NCBI GenBank assembly: GCA_938074535.1
Contig: CALJER010000005.1
Location: 1 to 64,000 of the forward strand
Origin: an uncultured archaeon
Lineage (GTDB): Archaea; Hadarchaeota; Hadarchaeia; Hadarchaeales; WYZ-LMO6
Length of the DNA stretch: 64,000 nucleotides
Reading direction: 5' to 3'
The notes beneath the pieces were generated by a model that saw only the letters and a list, made by a program, of their open reading frames with translations, was not told where the DNA came from and ran no database searches. Each line of letters opens with the position of its first letter. Positions within the stretch are counted from its first letter, which is position 1. The position numbers and the translations under genes are program-made. Below, piece after piece: positions 28,557-40,468 of the stretch.

Positions 28557-28964
28557 TCACTCCAGGTCGCGGCTGAGCATCAGGTAGGACCTGTGCCTCA
28601 GGCGGGCCACAGGGATTCCCACCTTCTCGAGCTTCTTCTGGAGTATCCTGTCGTTGGTGCCCACCACGCAGCCCTTGGCCCCCTCCTTCTGGGCCAGCTT
28701 CAGGATGGCCTCGTCCGCATCCTCCCCCCCCTTCACGATCTCCCCCTGCTCGGCCAGGACCATTCCGAGCCTGGCGGAGGACCTCTCGCTCGGGGTTCCC
28801 TTTCTGGCCAGGTACTCCAGCTCCTTCAGCACGGGGGAGGGAATGAGGAGCTTGTACCTCCTTTCCAGCAGCCTGTTCAGCTCGCTGATGATGTCCACTC
28901 CGAAGGTCCCCGGTATCATCAGGAAGCTCGTATCCGCTATCACCTTCAGGTACTTCAATCCCAT
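28557..28964 (-). CDS. PIN-domain protein, Fcf1/Utp24 family
   Basis: DTSFLMIP, VLKELE, ADEAI and TNDR; canonical position upstream of rpoE'. Confidence 0.8.
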   Translation of the reverse strand: MGLKYLKVIADTSFLMIPGTFGVDIISELNRLLERRYKLLIPSPVLKELEYLARKGTPSERSSARLGMVLAEQGEIVKGGEDADEAILKLAQKEGAKGCVVGTNDRILQKKLEKVGIPVARLRHRSYLMLSRDLE

Positions 28965-29013
28965 CCCCCTGGGGGCCCTCTCAATAAAAAAAGACCGGCC
29001 GCCTTAAAAAAAA

Positions 29014-29784
29014 ATGATGCTGGTCTTCGTGGGGCTGGGCCTCTGCAGCCAGGAGGGCCTCTCCCTCAGGGGACTGAGGTTCGCCAGGGAGGCCGACTGG
29101 GTGTACGCCGAGCACTACACCAGCCTCCTCCCCGAGCTGGACCTGGGGAAGCTGGAGGAACTGGTGGGCAAGCCCGTGAAGCTGGTGGACCGCCAAACCC
29201 TGGAGGAGCGGCCGGAGGAAATCCTGGAGAGGGCGGAAAAGGGGAGGGTGGTCCTGCTCGTCCCGGGGGACTCCATGGTGGCCACCACCCACGTCGACCT
29301 CCGGCTGAGGGCGGAGAGGAGGGGCATCCGCACGCTGGTGGTTCCCTCCCCCTCCATCCTCTCCGCCGTCCCCGGGCTGACGGGGCTGCAGAGCTACAAG
29401 TTCGGCCGCTCCGCCACCATCCCCTTCAGGGACAGCCCCTCGAGGGCCCCCTACGACGCCCTGGCGGAGAACCGGGAGAGGGGGCTGCACACCCTCCTCC
29501 TGCTCGACCTGAGGGCGGAGGAGGGGAGATACATGACCGCGGGGGAGGGAATGGACATCATGCTGGAGCTGGAGGCCGAGGTGGGAAAGGGGGTCTTTAC
29601 CCCGGAGACGCTGGTGGTGGTCCTGGCGCGTGCGGGCTGCCCCGACGGCAGGGTGAGGGCGGGAAAGGTGGGCAGGCTGAGGGGGGAAGACTTCGGGCCT
29701 CCCCCCCATGCGCTGGTGGTCCCGGGGAAACTGCACTTCCTGGAGGAGGAGGCGCTCAGGATCCTGGGGGGTGCCGAGCCTTGA
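29014..29784 (+). CDS. dph5: Diphthine synthase
   Basis: FVGLGL, EHYTS, GDSMVATTH, GLQSYKFG, GLHTLLLLD and FGPPPH. Confidence 0.95.
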   Translation: MMLVFVGLGLCSQEGLSLRGLRFAREADWVYAEHYTSLLPELDLGKLEELVGKPVKLVDRQTLEERPEEILERAEKGRVVLLVPGDSMVATTHVDLRLRAERRGIRTLVVPSPSILSAVPGLTGLQSYKFGRSATIPFRDSPSRAPYDALAENRERGLHTLLLLDLRAEEGRYMTAGEGMDIMLELEAEVGKGVFTPETLVVVLARAGCPDGRVRAGKVGRLRGEDFGPPPHALVVPGKLHFLEEEALRILGGAEP

Positions 29785-30029
29785 AGGGGCTGGAGGGGGA
29801 GCTGGAGGCCGAGATAGAGAGGTGGTCGAAGAGGCTGGAGGAGGCCCTGAAGGAGGTGCGGCCCCTGGACGAGAGGGGGGAGAGGCTGCTGGAAAACATC
29901 AGGGCCTACCAGCAGGACTCCTCCCACTTCAGGCCGAGCTCCCCCCTGAAAAGCTTCGAGTGCCTGATATGGGCCTGGGCCCTGCTGGAGATGGGGAGGG
30001 AGTTCGGCTGTCTCTCAGGGCCCGGGTGA
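29781..30029 (+). CDS. DUF357-family protein
   Basis: TTG start overlapping the dph5 stop; NIRAYQQDSSHF...FECLIWAWALLE. Confidence 0.75.
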   Translation: MKGLEGELEAEIERWSKRLEEALKEVRPLDERGERLLENIRAYQQDSSHFRPSSPLKSFECLIWAWALLEMGREFGCLSGPG

Positions 30030-30707
30030 GGAGGCCAGCCTTTCGATCTCCCTCACCGCCTCCTCCACCGCCCTCTCCACCAGCCTCCTTCCCAGCCTGA
30101 GGTCCACCCTCACCCCCTCCTTCAGGACCTCCCTGGCATGCCTCTCGGCCCACTCGTACCTCCTGCGCGCCTCCCTGAGCCCCACGAAGCCCACCTCCGG
30201 ATGCTTCTCAGGGTCAACGTGCTCCCCCAGCCTGGAGGGGTCCGCCAGGCCCACCGCCGCCGCCGCGCTGACCTCCCCCCTCCCCGCGTGGGGTCCCTCC
30301 AGGTCCACCAGCAGGGTGCAGAAGGAAAGCCTCATCCCCAGCCTCCTCTCCAGCCGGGGGAGGCGGTCCCTCAGGGGCTTGTTCCCTCCGTGGGCGTTCA
30401 CCAGCACGGCCGCCTTTACCCCCAGCACCTCCCTGGCCTCCCTCAGCCTCCTGCACAGCTCCCCCACCACCCTCGCCAGGGAATGGTGCCTGCCGGTCTC
30501 TATGAGGGGAAGCTCGTAGGAGGTGAGGAGGACCCCCAGGAACTTGGCCCCGCTCCGCTTGGCTGCCTCCAGGGCCACGTGGGCCGCCAGCTTGGCATCG
30601 GTGTCGGATGGGAGCACCGCCCCGTGCCTCTCCTGGTGGGAGCCCAGGGCCAGCACCCCCACCCCGGCCTCAGCCGATCCCCAGCCTTCTGGCCGTCTTG
30701 ACCGCAC
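30015..30707 (-). CDS. arfB: ArfB-like FAPy-monophosphate deformylase (creatininase family); start uncertain
   Basis: ALGSHQERHGAVLPSDTD, NAHGGN, PHAGRGE and HPEVGFVG; lies within the riboflavin operon. Confidence 0.8.
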   Translation of the reverse strand: MRSRRPEGWGSAEAGVGVLALGSHQERHGAVLPSDTDAKLAAHVALEAAKRSGAKFLGVLLTSYELPLIETGRHHSLARVVGELCRRLREAREVLGVKAAVLVNAHGGNKPLRDRLPRLERRLGMRLSFCTLLVDLEGPHAGRGEVSAAAAVGLADPSRLGEHVDPEKHPEVGFVGLREARRRYEWAERHAREVLKEGVRVDLRLGRRLVERAVEEAVREIERLASSPGP

Positions 30708-31080
30708 TCTCCACCGCTCTCCTGGCGTACTCGTTCACCCTGTCCAGCGCCTGCAGCCTGGTCATGCCCGGTCCAGAGATGCCCAGCGCCACGGGCCTGC
30801 CGTACTCCAGGGCGAGGTCCATCAGCTTCCTGGTCGCGTGCTGCATGATCACCTCGTCGTGCTCCGTCTCCCCCTCTATCACGGCACCCAGCGTCACCAC
30901 CGCGTCCACTTTTCCTTCCGAGAGCAGTTTCTTCACCGCCACCGGTATCTCCCAGACTCCGGGAACCAGCACCTCCCTCTCCAGCGATGCGCCCAGGAAC
31001 TCCGCGTGCCTCTTCGCGAACTCCACCATGGGTCCCACCACGTCCCAGGAGAACTCGCTAGCCACCAGTCCCAGCTTCAC
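30670..31080 (-). CDS. ribH: 6,7-dimethyl-8-ribityllumazine synthase
   Basis: VPGVWEIP, LGAVIEGETEHDE and LGISGPGM. Confidence 0.95.
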   Translation of the reverse strand: MKLGLVASEFSWDVVGPMVEFAKRHAEFLGASLEREVLVPGVWEIPVAVKKLLSEGKVDAVVTLGAVIEGETEHDEVIMQHATRKLMDLALEYGRPVALGISGPGMTRLQALDRVNEYARRAVESAVKTARRLGIG

Positions 31081-31087
31081 CAGGTTC

Positions 31088-32222
<1,135 letters not shown>

Positions 32223-32232
<10 letters not shown>

Positions 32233-32879
32233 CTCCTCACCTCCAGCTCCACCCTGTCCCCGTCCTTCAGGCCCAGGGTGTCCCTGAGCTTCTCGCCCGC
32301 CACCAGCTCCACCACCTCCCTGTGGGAGCTCCTCAGGGGGAGCACCAGGAAGGCCTCCCTCCCCCTTATCCTCACCGGGAAGCACTTCACCTCCCCGAAG
32401 CTCCTCTCCCTGGTGCGGAACCCCCTCAGCACCTTCCCCGGCAGCTCCCGCAGCACCTCCCTCGCCTCCCTGGAGGAGCCGTTCAGCCTCACGTTCAGCG
32501 TCCCTGGAAAGGGCGTGAAGCCGAGCTGCTCTCTGAACTGCCTGCGGTATCCCTCCTGCCTCACGTAGTAGCTTCCCTCCCCCAGCCCGCTCACCACCAC
32601 CCCTTCCAGCCTCATCCCCTCCTCCCTCCCCTCCAGCACCTCCTCCCGCTCCGCGTGCAGGGACCTGAGGAGGGCGAAGCCCCTGGGAGAGAGCCTGAGC
32701 CTCCTTCCCCTCCTCTCGGGGAGCCGCTCCAGCCATCCCTCCCCCTCCAGCTCCCTCAGCCAGCGGGCGAGGGTGGACGCCGGCCTTCCCACCCTCTCCG
32801 AAAGCTCCTTCAGGGTGAGGGCCGCACCGGAGCCCCTCCCGGCCCTCGCCACCTCCAGCAGGAGCCTCAGCCTCTCCAT
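32223..32879 (-). CDS. ribK: CTP-dependent riboflavin kinase with N-terminal wHTH (RbkR type)
   Basis: HTH followed by SGLGEGSYY, PFPGTLN and LKDGD. Confidence 0.9.
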
Positions 32880-32943
32880 TTTACCACTTTTGGTTCAATT
32901 ATCAAATACGGTTTCTTATCCGCTGGGAGGAAGCTATATATAA

Positions 32944-33966
<1,023 letters not shown>

Positions 33967-35178
33967 ATGGCGATCCCCACTCTGGACCAGGCTGAGGTGA
34001 AGGGCAAGACCGTTCTCCTCAGGGTGGACATCAATTCACCCCTCGACCCCAGGACTGGCGACATCCTGGAGGACTCCAGGATGAGGGAATGCGCCCCCAC
34101 CATCAGGGAGCTGGCGGAGAAGGGGGCCAGGGTGGTGGTGCTGGCCCACCAGGGAAGACCGGGGGAAGAGGACTTCACCAGGCTGGAAAAGCATGCGAGG
34201 AGGATGGGCGAGCTCCTGGGCATGCCCTTGAGGTACGTTCCCGACCTGCTGGGACCCTCCGCGAAGCAGGCCATCAGGGAGCTGAAACCCGGGGAGGTCC
34301 TGCTGCTGGAAAACGTGAGGTTCCACGCCGAGGAGTCCCTCAGCGGCACGCCGGAGGAGATGGCCAGAACCTTCCTGGTGAAGGAGCTTTCCTCCCTGGC
34401 CGACCTCTACGTGAACGACGCCTTCGGGGCCGCGCACCGCGGGCAGCCCTCGCTGGTGGGGTTCGGAGCCGTGCTCCCCACCTACGCGGGAAGGCTGATG
34501 GAGAAGGAACTGAAGGGGCTGGGGAGGGGAAGGGAGCCTGAGAGGCCCTGCGTCTACGTGCTGGGGGGAGGAAAGTCGAAGGACTCCCTGAGCATCATCG
34601 AGAACGTGCTTTCGAAGGGGATTGCCGACCTGGTCCTCACGGGAGGGCTGGTCTCACTGCTCTTCCTCTCCGCCTCGGGAGTGGAGCTGGGGGAGCCCAG
34701 CCTCAGGGTTCTGAAGGACAAGGGCTTCGAGAAGGAAAGGGAGAGGGCCAGGAGGCTGCTTTCCGCCTACGGGGGGAGGATAAGGCTCCCCGCGGACGTG
34801 GCCGTGGAGAGGAGCGGCAGGAGGGAGGAGGTGGAGGTTTCCAGGCTCCCCGTGGACGCACCCGTGAAGGACGTGGGGAGCAGGACCATCCGGGAGTACT
34901 CCGACCTCATCAAAAAGGCCAGGACCGTGGTGGCCAACGGTCCGCTGGGGGTGTTCGAGGAAAAGGAATTCGAAAGGGGAACGCTGGAGGTGCTGAGGGC
35001 CATGGCCGAATCCGGGGCCTACACCATCGTGGGTGGGGGCCACATGGTGGCCGCGGCCGAGAAGGCGGGGGTGCTCTCCAGGCTCAGCCACGTGAGCACG
35101 GGGGGCGGGGCCTGCATAAGCTTCCTGGCCGGAGAGCCCATGCCCGTGGTGGAGCTCCTCCTGAGGGCCGGGGCCTAG
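33967..35178 (+). CDS. pgk: Phosphoglycerate kinase
   Basis: RVDINSP, HQGRP, LLENVRF, NDAFGAAHR and STGGGA. Confidence 0.95.
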   Translation: MAIPTLDQAEVKGKTVLLRVDINSPLDPRTGDILEDSRMRECAPTIRELAEKGARVVVLAHQGRPGEEDFTRLEKHARRMGELLGMPLRYVPDLLGPSAKQAIRELKPGEVLLLENVRFHAEESLSGTPEEMARTFLVKELSSLADLYVNDAFGAAHRGQPSLVGFGAVLPTYAGRLMEKELKGLGRGREPERPCVYVLGGGKSKDSLSIIENVLSKGIADLVLTGGLVSLLFLSASGVELGEPSLRVLKDKGFEKERERARRLLSAYGGRIRLPADVAVERSGRREEVEVSRLPVDAPVKDVGSRTIREYSDLIKKARTVVANGPLGVFEEKEFERGTLEVLRAMAESGAYTIVGGGHMVAAAEKAGVLSRLSHVSTGGGACISFLAGEPMPVVELLLRAGA

Positions 35179-36215
35179 CCCCACTCCTCCGGCCAGAGAC
35201 CCAGCTCCCTCGCCGCGCTCTCCACTTCCCTCCAGATCTCGTCGGGAAGCGGAATGCCCTCCCTCAGGTATCTCTCCCTCTTCCTGAACTCCGGCTCCCC
35301 CGGAAGGAGGATCTCCTGAACGCCCTCCGCCTTCCTGGAGGACTTCACCTCCCGGATGAACTCCTCCGCCTCCCTCAGGAATTTCTCCCTGTCGGTGAAG
35401 GCCGAGGGGTCCAGCGCCAGCATCAGGTCGCCCTTCGTGCAGAAACCCTCCACAGGCTCCAGCGTGCCCCTGACCCTCCTCCCCGCCGCGGCGTTCACCA
35501 TGGGGCCGGCCAGGATCTCCAGCACAAAGGCCAGCCCGTAGCCCTTCGGCCCCCCGAAGGGACTGAGGGCCCCCTTCAGTCCCTCCTCGGGGTCCGTGGT
35601 GGGCCTTCCCTCCCTGTCCACCGCCCATCCCTCCGGTATCCTCTCCCCCTTCCTGGAGGCCTCCACCAGCTTCCCCCTGGCCGCCACGCTCATCGCCATG
35701 TCCAGAAGGACGGGCGGACGGGTGGGGAGGCCCACGGCGAGGGCGTTGGTCCCCAGCAGGGGCTCGCATCCCCCCCAGGGGTGCACCAGGGGATCGGTGG
35801 TGGTGGTCACCACTCCCACCATGCCCTCCCTCATGGCCATCTCCGCGTAGTACCCCGCGATGCCGAAGTGGTTGGAGTTGAACACGCCCACGGCCCCCAC
35901 CCCCGTCTTCCTGGCCTTCTCCACGGCCAGGGACATCGCCCTCCTGGCCACGTGGTGCCCCAGCCCGTGGCCCCCGTCCAGCAGCGCCGTGGCCTGGGTC
36001 TCCCTCACCACCCTCACCTCCGCCCGCGGGAGGATGGTTCCCCTCCTCAGCGCCCTCAGGATGTACGGCAGCCTAAGCAGGCCGTGGGAGTGGAGGCCCC
36101 TCAGATCGCCCTCCGTCAGCACCTCGGCCGCATCCTCCGCCTCCTCCTCCCCCGCCCCGCTCCTCAGGAGGAGGACACGTATCACCTCTTTTTCCCTCTC
36201 GGCCGTGAGGATCAT
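35175..36215 (-). CDS. Ldh_2-family (ComC/malate/L-lactate-type) dehydrogenase
   Basis: GLHSHGLLR, SNHFG, LGTNALA, LDMA, GPKGYGL and LPGEPE. Confidence 0.85.
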   Translation of the reverse strand: MILTAEREKEVIRVLLLRSGAGEEEAEDAAEVLTEGDLRGLHSHGLLRLPYILRALRRGTILPRAEVRVVRETQATALLDGGHGLGHHVARRAMSLAVEKARKTGVGAVGVFNSNHFGIAGYYAEMAMREGMVGVVTTTTDPLVHPWGGCEPLLGTNALAVGLPTRPPVLLDMAMSVAARGKLVEASRKGERIPEGWAVDREGRPTTDPEEGLKGALSPFGGPKGYGLAFVLEILAGPMVNAAAGRRVRGTLEPVEGFCTKGDLMLALDPSAFTDREKFLREAEEFIREVKSSRKAEGVQEILLPGEPEFRKRERYLREGIPLPDEIWREVESAARELGLWPEEWG

Positions 36216-37306
36216 TCCTTCCTCCCTCCGGGGTTCTCCCCGAACCACTTCATGGCCTCCCTAAAGAAGTCCTCTCCTCCCACGGGCCTGAGCTCGAACT
36301 CGTTCCCCCTCTCACGGTACCTCTCCGCCACCCTCTCCGGATCGGCCTGCTCCGGGGTGAAGCCCCTCAGCTCTTCCTTCCCCAGAGGCATGGAGATGAG
36401 CCCCGTCCGGTAGTGCATGGAGTAGGGCGCCCTCACGTCGCCCATGGGCTTCATGACCGAGGGATCGAAGAGCACCTTTCCCCTCCTCCTCTCCTTGTGG
36501 GCCACGTCGGAGGTGGTGAGGCCGGGAAGCTTCTGGGAAACCTCGAACTCCAGGAAGCGAATGAGGTCGGCGTAGAAGTTGAAGAAGTTCCTCTCCCTTT
36601 TCCCCGCCTGCAGCTCCAGCGGGCGGTACTCCTCGGGCAGCGGGTGGGGCCTGAAGCTCGCCCAGAGCTGGAAGCCCCTCGAGCCGCTGTACTTCAGTTT
36701 GGGCTCCAGGCCGAAGTCCTCCATCCTCGCCAGGGTGACCTCCACCACCCTCTTCAACTTCTCCTCGGGCACTTCCTTCCCCGCGTCCAGATCCAGCACG
36801 AACCAGTCCGGGCGGGAGGAGTTCACGGAGTGGATGTAGGGGATGAAGTCTATGCCGTGGAGGTCCAGCCACCTCTGGAGGTCGGAGGGACGGCGGAGGG
36901 TGATGTACCTGGGCCCCATCTTCCGCTGGAGCCAGGCCCTTCCCGTGAAGAGCCTGAAGACGGAGACCCACCTCCCGCTGCAGAACTCCAGCAGGGTGGG
37001 GGCCACCACCGGGTAGTACCGCTTGGCCCTGTAGACCTTCAGGTAGTCCTGGTTCAGCTCCTCCCGGATCTCCCTCCACCTGCCCTCGAAGTGCTCCCTC
37101 CCCTTTTCCGTGAGGGCGTAGCCCTCACCCTCCCTCCTCACCAGCCCTTCCTCCATCAGCTCCTCCAGAAGGCCGGAGACCTCCTTCTCCGAAAGCTCCC
37201 TCCCGGCATCGCGGCTCACCTTCTCCCTCAGGTGCTGCAGGTCCACCAGCTTCCCCTCCGGCTTTATCGCCAGCGTCATCAGGAGGTGATCCCGCGGCTC
37301 CGCCAT
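36212..37306 (-). CDS. LigD-polymerase-like archaeo-eukaryotic primase-polymerase with N-terminal winged HTH
   Basis: PDWFVLDLD, KYSGSRGFQLW, RRGKVLFD and APYS motifs; N-terminal LEELMEEGLV...YALTEKG. Confidence 0.8.
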   Translation of the reverse strand: MAEPRDHLLMTLAIKPEGKLVDLQHLREKVSRDAGRELSEKEVSGLLEELMEEGLVRREGEGYALTEKGREHFEGRWREIREELNQDYLKVYRAKRYYPVVAPTLLEFCSGRWVSVFRLFTGRAWLQRKMGPRYITLRRPSDLQRWLDLHGIDFIPYIHSVNSSRPDWFVLDLDAGKEVPEEKLKRVVEVTLARMEDFGLEPKLKYSGSRGFQLWASFRPHPLPEEYRPLELQAGKRERNFFNFYADLIRFLEFEVSQKLPGLTTSDVAHKERRRGKVLFDPSVMKPMGDVRAPYSMHYRTGLISMPLGKEELRGFTPEQADPERVAERYRERGNEFELRPVGGEDFFREAMKWFGENPGGRKE

Positions 37307-37316
37307 GTGGCTCGAA

Positions 37317-37481
37317 CTAGAGCTCGGCCAGCTTCCTGCCCAGCAGTCCCTCGGCACAGGGCTGGCAGAAGAACTTCGCCCTGGCCTCCCCGGGGACCAC
37401 CACCTTCAGATAACCCGCGCCGTAGCTCATGAGCTGGATCTGCTTCCCGCAGGACTTGCACTTGGGCCCCTTGGCGCGCAT
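37317..37481 (-). CDS. Zinc-finger microprotein (54 aa, TRASH/L24e-like spacing)
   Basis: Manual translation MRAKGPKCKSCGKQIQLMSYGAGYLKVVVPGEARAKFFCQPCAEGLLGRKLAEL. Confidence 0.7.
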   Translation of the reverse strand: MRAKGPKCKSCGKQIQLMSYGAGYLKVVVPGEARAKFFCQPCAEGLLGRKLAEL

Positions 37482-37552
37482 CCTTCCCTTTCTCCTCTCC
37501 TTAAATCAGCTTTTCTTCCTCCCCGGGATAAAAGCTCTCCCGCCCAGAGTTC

Positions 37553-38287
37553 ATGATGCTCCCCATCCTCAGGCCGAGGGGTGCGGTGGACCTCCGCCGG
37601 CTCCTGGAGATCCAGCGCAGAGTGGCCGGGAGGGTGTCCACCAGGGACGAGTGGAAGAAGCTGGAGAGGGTGGCGGGGCTGGACCTGGCCTACGCGGGAA
37701 GGGACCGGGGATGCTCCTCCTGCGTGGTGCTGGACCTCAACACCCTGGAGGTGCTGGAGGAGAGGGTGAGAAGGGTCAGGATAAGGTTTCCCTATCTCCC
37801 CACCTTCCTGGCCTTCAGGGAGCTGGAGGGAATGCTGGAGGTGGCCAAAAGGGTGGAGGCGGACGTGTACATGGTGGACGGACACGGAGTGGCCCATCCC
37901 AGGAGGGCGGGCCTGGCCTCCCACCTGGGAGTGGTTCTGGACAAACCCGCACTGGGGGTGGCGAAGTCCAGACTCTGCGGGGAGGGTGAGGAGCCCCCTC
38001 CCGAGAGGGGCGGATACTCCCTGCTGAGGGAGGGGGGGGAAGTGGTGGGGGCCGCGGTGAGGACCCAGACGAAGGTGAAGCCCGTGTACGTGAGCGTGGG
38101 GCACAGGCTCTCCCTCCGGACGGCCATAGAGCTCACGCTCAGGACCTCACCTTCCTTCAGGATACCCCAGCCCCTCAGGCTGGCCCACCTCCTCGCCCTG
38201 AAAGGGCTAAACAGGCAGCCTCCTCCTTCCGCTGGTGAAAAAGGTAAGGATAGTGGCCCCAGCCCATCTCCATGCCGGAAACCCTGA
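37553..38287 (+). CDS. nfi: Endonuclease V
   Basis: AGLDLAY, FPYLPTFLAFRE, VDGHGVAHPRRAGLASH, GVAKS and PVYVSVGH. Confidence 0.95.
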   Translation: MMLPILRPRGAVDLRRLLEIQRRVAGRVSTRDEWKKLERVAGLDLAYAGRDRGCSSCVVLDLNTLEVLEERVRRVRIRFPYLPTFLAFRELEGMLEVAKRVEADVYMVDGHGVAHPRRAGLASHLGVVLDKPALGVAKSRLCGEGEEPPPERGGYSLLREGGEVVGAAVRTQTKVKPVYVSVGHRLSLRTAIELTLRTSPSFRIPQPLRLAHLLALKGLNRQPPPSAGEKGKDSGPSPSPCRKP

Positions 38288-38550
38288 CCTGAGCGGCGGG
38301 CTGGGCAGGACCTACGGCACGGTGGGCTTTGAAGGATCCGAGGCTTGAACTTCTGGCCGAAGAGAGAAGGGGGCTGAAGATAGTGGGGCTCCGGAAGCTC
38401 ATGCTGCTCGTGAGGGGGGCCAGGGACCTGCCCTTCTACTTTCTCCCCACCGTTCCCCCCACCGGAAGGCCAACAGGATGGACCTTGGGACCTCCACCTC
38501 CCGGGGCTCAGGGAAAGGCTCCGGAAGGAGTTCGGCCACCTCTGAGAGGG

Positions 38551-38858
38551 TGGCGGGCGCGCCGAAGGTGGACGCCTTCCCCGCGCACCGTTGACCGGCC
38601 CCTCAGGCTCCATCCCGCTTTCCGCAAGCGCCGAACGTCCTGCCCACCCTTGCTGACTTCCGCCCCTGGGGGGTTCAGCAGGCAAGGGAGGTTCTCCCCG
38701 GCCCTCCGGTCGGGGCCCCTCCGCCGCCGACCCTGCGGGGCGGGACTTCCGCGCCCGGAACCGGGCGGTGCGAGGTTCCAGCGCCGCCCCCCGGCTTCGG
38801 CCCGGCGTGCAGCGGCTTTCCGGTTACAGGGGACCGCTAGCCCCCCGCCTAGCCCGCC
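38551..38858 (-). ncRNA. ffs: Archaeal signal recognition particle (7S) RNA
   Basis: Minus strand begins GGCGGGCTAGGC...CCCCTGTAACCGGAAA (Alu UGUAA), has helix 8 CCAGG-GGC-GGAA-GTC-AGCAA and ends CGCCCGCCA pairing with the 5' end; about 308 nt. Confidence 0.92.
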
Positions 38859-38897
38859 ACCTTTTGGAAGTGGTTTTTCCGCCTTATCAACTTTGGT

Positions 38898-40094
38898 CTA
38901 GAGGAGGGAGGGGAAGAGGTTCAGGAGGAGGATGAAGAGGAGGAAGAGGGAGAAGGAGTTGGAGAGCTGCCTGGCCCTCTTCCTCGACATCCCGAGCTCC
39001 AGCAGGCCCCTGAACATGTAGCCCCCGTCCAGGGGAACCAGCGGAAGGAGGTTGAACATCCCTATGCCCAGGTTCAGGACGAAGATCCACTTCAGGAGGT
39101 CCACCAGCGGCCAGGGGACGGCTGAGGTGTAGAAGTAGCGGTGGAGGAGGGCATAGGGCGGCAGATGGGGCCTGCCCAGGAGCTCGTTCACCATGAGCCC
39201 GAGCACGGAGAGGGGGCGGAGGAGCTCGGAGCGCGCCGGGGAGGAGACGGGCCATATCCCCAGGCTTCCCCTGTTGTCCCTGTTGTCGGCCGTGACGAGG
39301 AAGGTCCCCCTCTCCGTCTCCAGGACCACGTTCTCCCCGGGCCTGAGGTTCTCCACCTCCCTGGCGTAGTCCTCCCAGGTTCGCAGGGGCCTGCCGTTCA
39401 GGGAGAGGAGGAGGGTGCCCAGCTCCAGGTTCTCGCAGGGTCCGTTCTCCCTCACCCCCCACACGCGCACACCCGGACGCGGGGAGAGGAGGAGGAAGAG
39501 CAGGAAAAAGACCAGGAGGCCCACCAGGACGTTGGCGAAGGGGCCCGCCGCGAAGACGCGCAGCCTCCTCCTGAGGGGGGAAGCGTTCAGCCTCCTCTCG
39601 TCTGGCTCCACGAAGGCCCCGGGTATGGCCACGAAGAGGAGGAGGCCCATGGACCTGGTGGGGATGCCCTGGGCCCTCATCAGCAGACCGTGGGAGACCT
39701 CATGCACCAGCAGAAGCACCGCCACCGAGATCAGCCACCAGTAAACGGTGAGCCCCGGGATGACGCCGGGGAGCACGAACCTGGCCCCGGCCACCGAGAG
39801 CTCGGGCCTGCGCAGGATGAAGTAGGCGTTGAGGAGGAGGTTGAAGAGGACGAAAAACATGAGGAGGAGGCCAGCCCACAGAGCCACCTCGCCAAACCCC
39901 GTCCACCCACTTTTGTGTTCCCTGGCGGCGCGGTCGATGAACCTCAGACCCCTTCCCGTCCTCCAGAGGAGCATCCCCCCCTCCAGGGATAAACCGTACC
40001 TCTTCAGACCCCACTCCCGGTAGAGGAGGAGGAAGACCGCCCAGAAGAAGCCCAACCCCAGGAGGAACAGGAGGAGGTGCTGCGAGAGGTCCAT
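38898..40094 (-). CDS. Site-2 protease (M50) with PDZ-like domain
   Basis: VHEVSHG, GAFVEPDE, AGPFAN and NLLPLVPLDGG. Confidence 0.9.
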   Translation of the reverse strand: MDLSQHLLLFLLGLGFFWAVFLLLYREWGLKRYGLSLEGGMLLWRTGRGLRFIDRAAREHKSGWTGFGEVALWAGLLLMFFVLFNLLLNAYFILRRPELSVAGARFVLPGVIPGLTVYWWLISVAVLLLVHEVSHGLLMRAQGIPTRSMGLLLFVAIPGAFVEPDERRLNASPLRRRLRVFAAGPFANVLVGLLVFFLLFLLLSPRPGVRVWGVRENGPCENLELGTLLLSLNGRPLRTWEDYAREVENLRPGENVVLETERGTFLVTADNRDNRGSLGIWPVSSPARSELLRPLSVLGLMVNELLGRPHLPPYALLHRYFYTSAVPWPLVDLLKWIFVLNLGIGMFNLLPLVPLDGGYMFRGLLELGMSRKRARQLSNSFSLFLLFILLLNLFPSLL

Positions 40095-40162
40095 TCTCTC
40101 CCTCTCCTCCTCCCCCCGTATAAGCCCACCCCAACCCTAATACCTCCGGAGCCCCTGGAAGA

Positions 40163-40468
40163 GTGATGTACGTCCTCCTCACCACCGTGGAAGGGAGGAG
40201 GGAGGCCGAAAGGCTGGCGAGGAGGGTGGTGGGGGAGAAGCTGGCCTCCTGCGTGACCGTGCTGCCGGGCGCCAGGTCCTTCTACTTCTGGAAGGGGAAG
40301 AGGGAGGAGGCCGGGGAGGTCCTGCTCCTGATGAAGACCCTCAGCCCGAAGAGGCTGATGAGGAGGCTGAAGGAGATCCACCCCTACGAGGTGCCAGAGC
40401 TGCTGGTCCTCAGGGCCTCCGCGGTCTCGGAGGAGTACCTGCGATGGGCAAGGGAAGTGGTGGAGTAA
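40163..40468 (+). CDS. cutA: Divalent-cation tolerance protein CutA
   Basis: KLASC, SFYFWKG, HPYEVPE and EYLRW. Confidence 0.9.
   Translation: MMYVLLTTVEGRREAERLARRVVGEKLASCVTVLPGARSFYFWKGKREEAGEVLLLMKTLSPKRLMRRLKEIHPYEVPELLVLRASAVSEEYLRWAREVVE

Noticed and set aside
38329-38901. 190-aa plus-strand ORF
   Set aside because: Mostly antisense to the SRP RNA.
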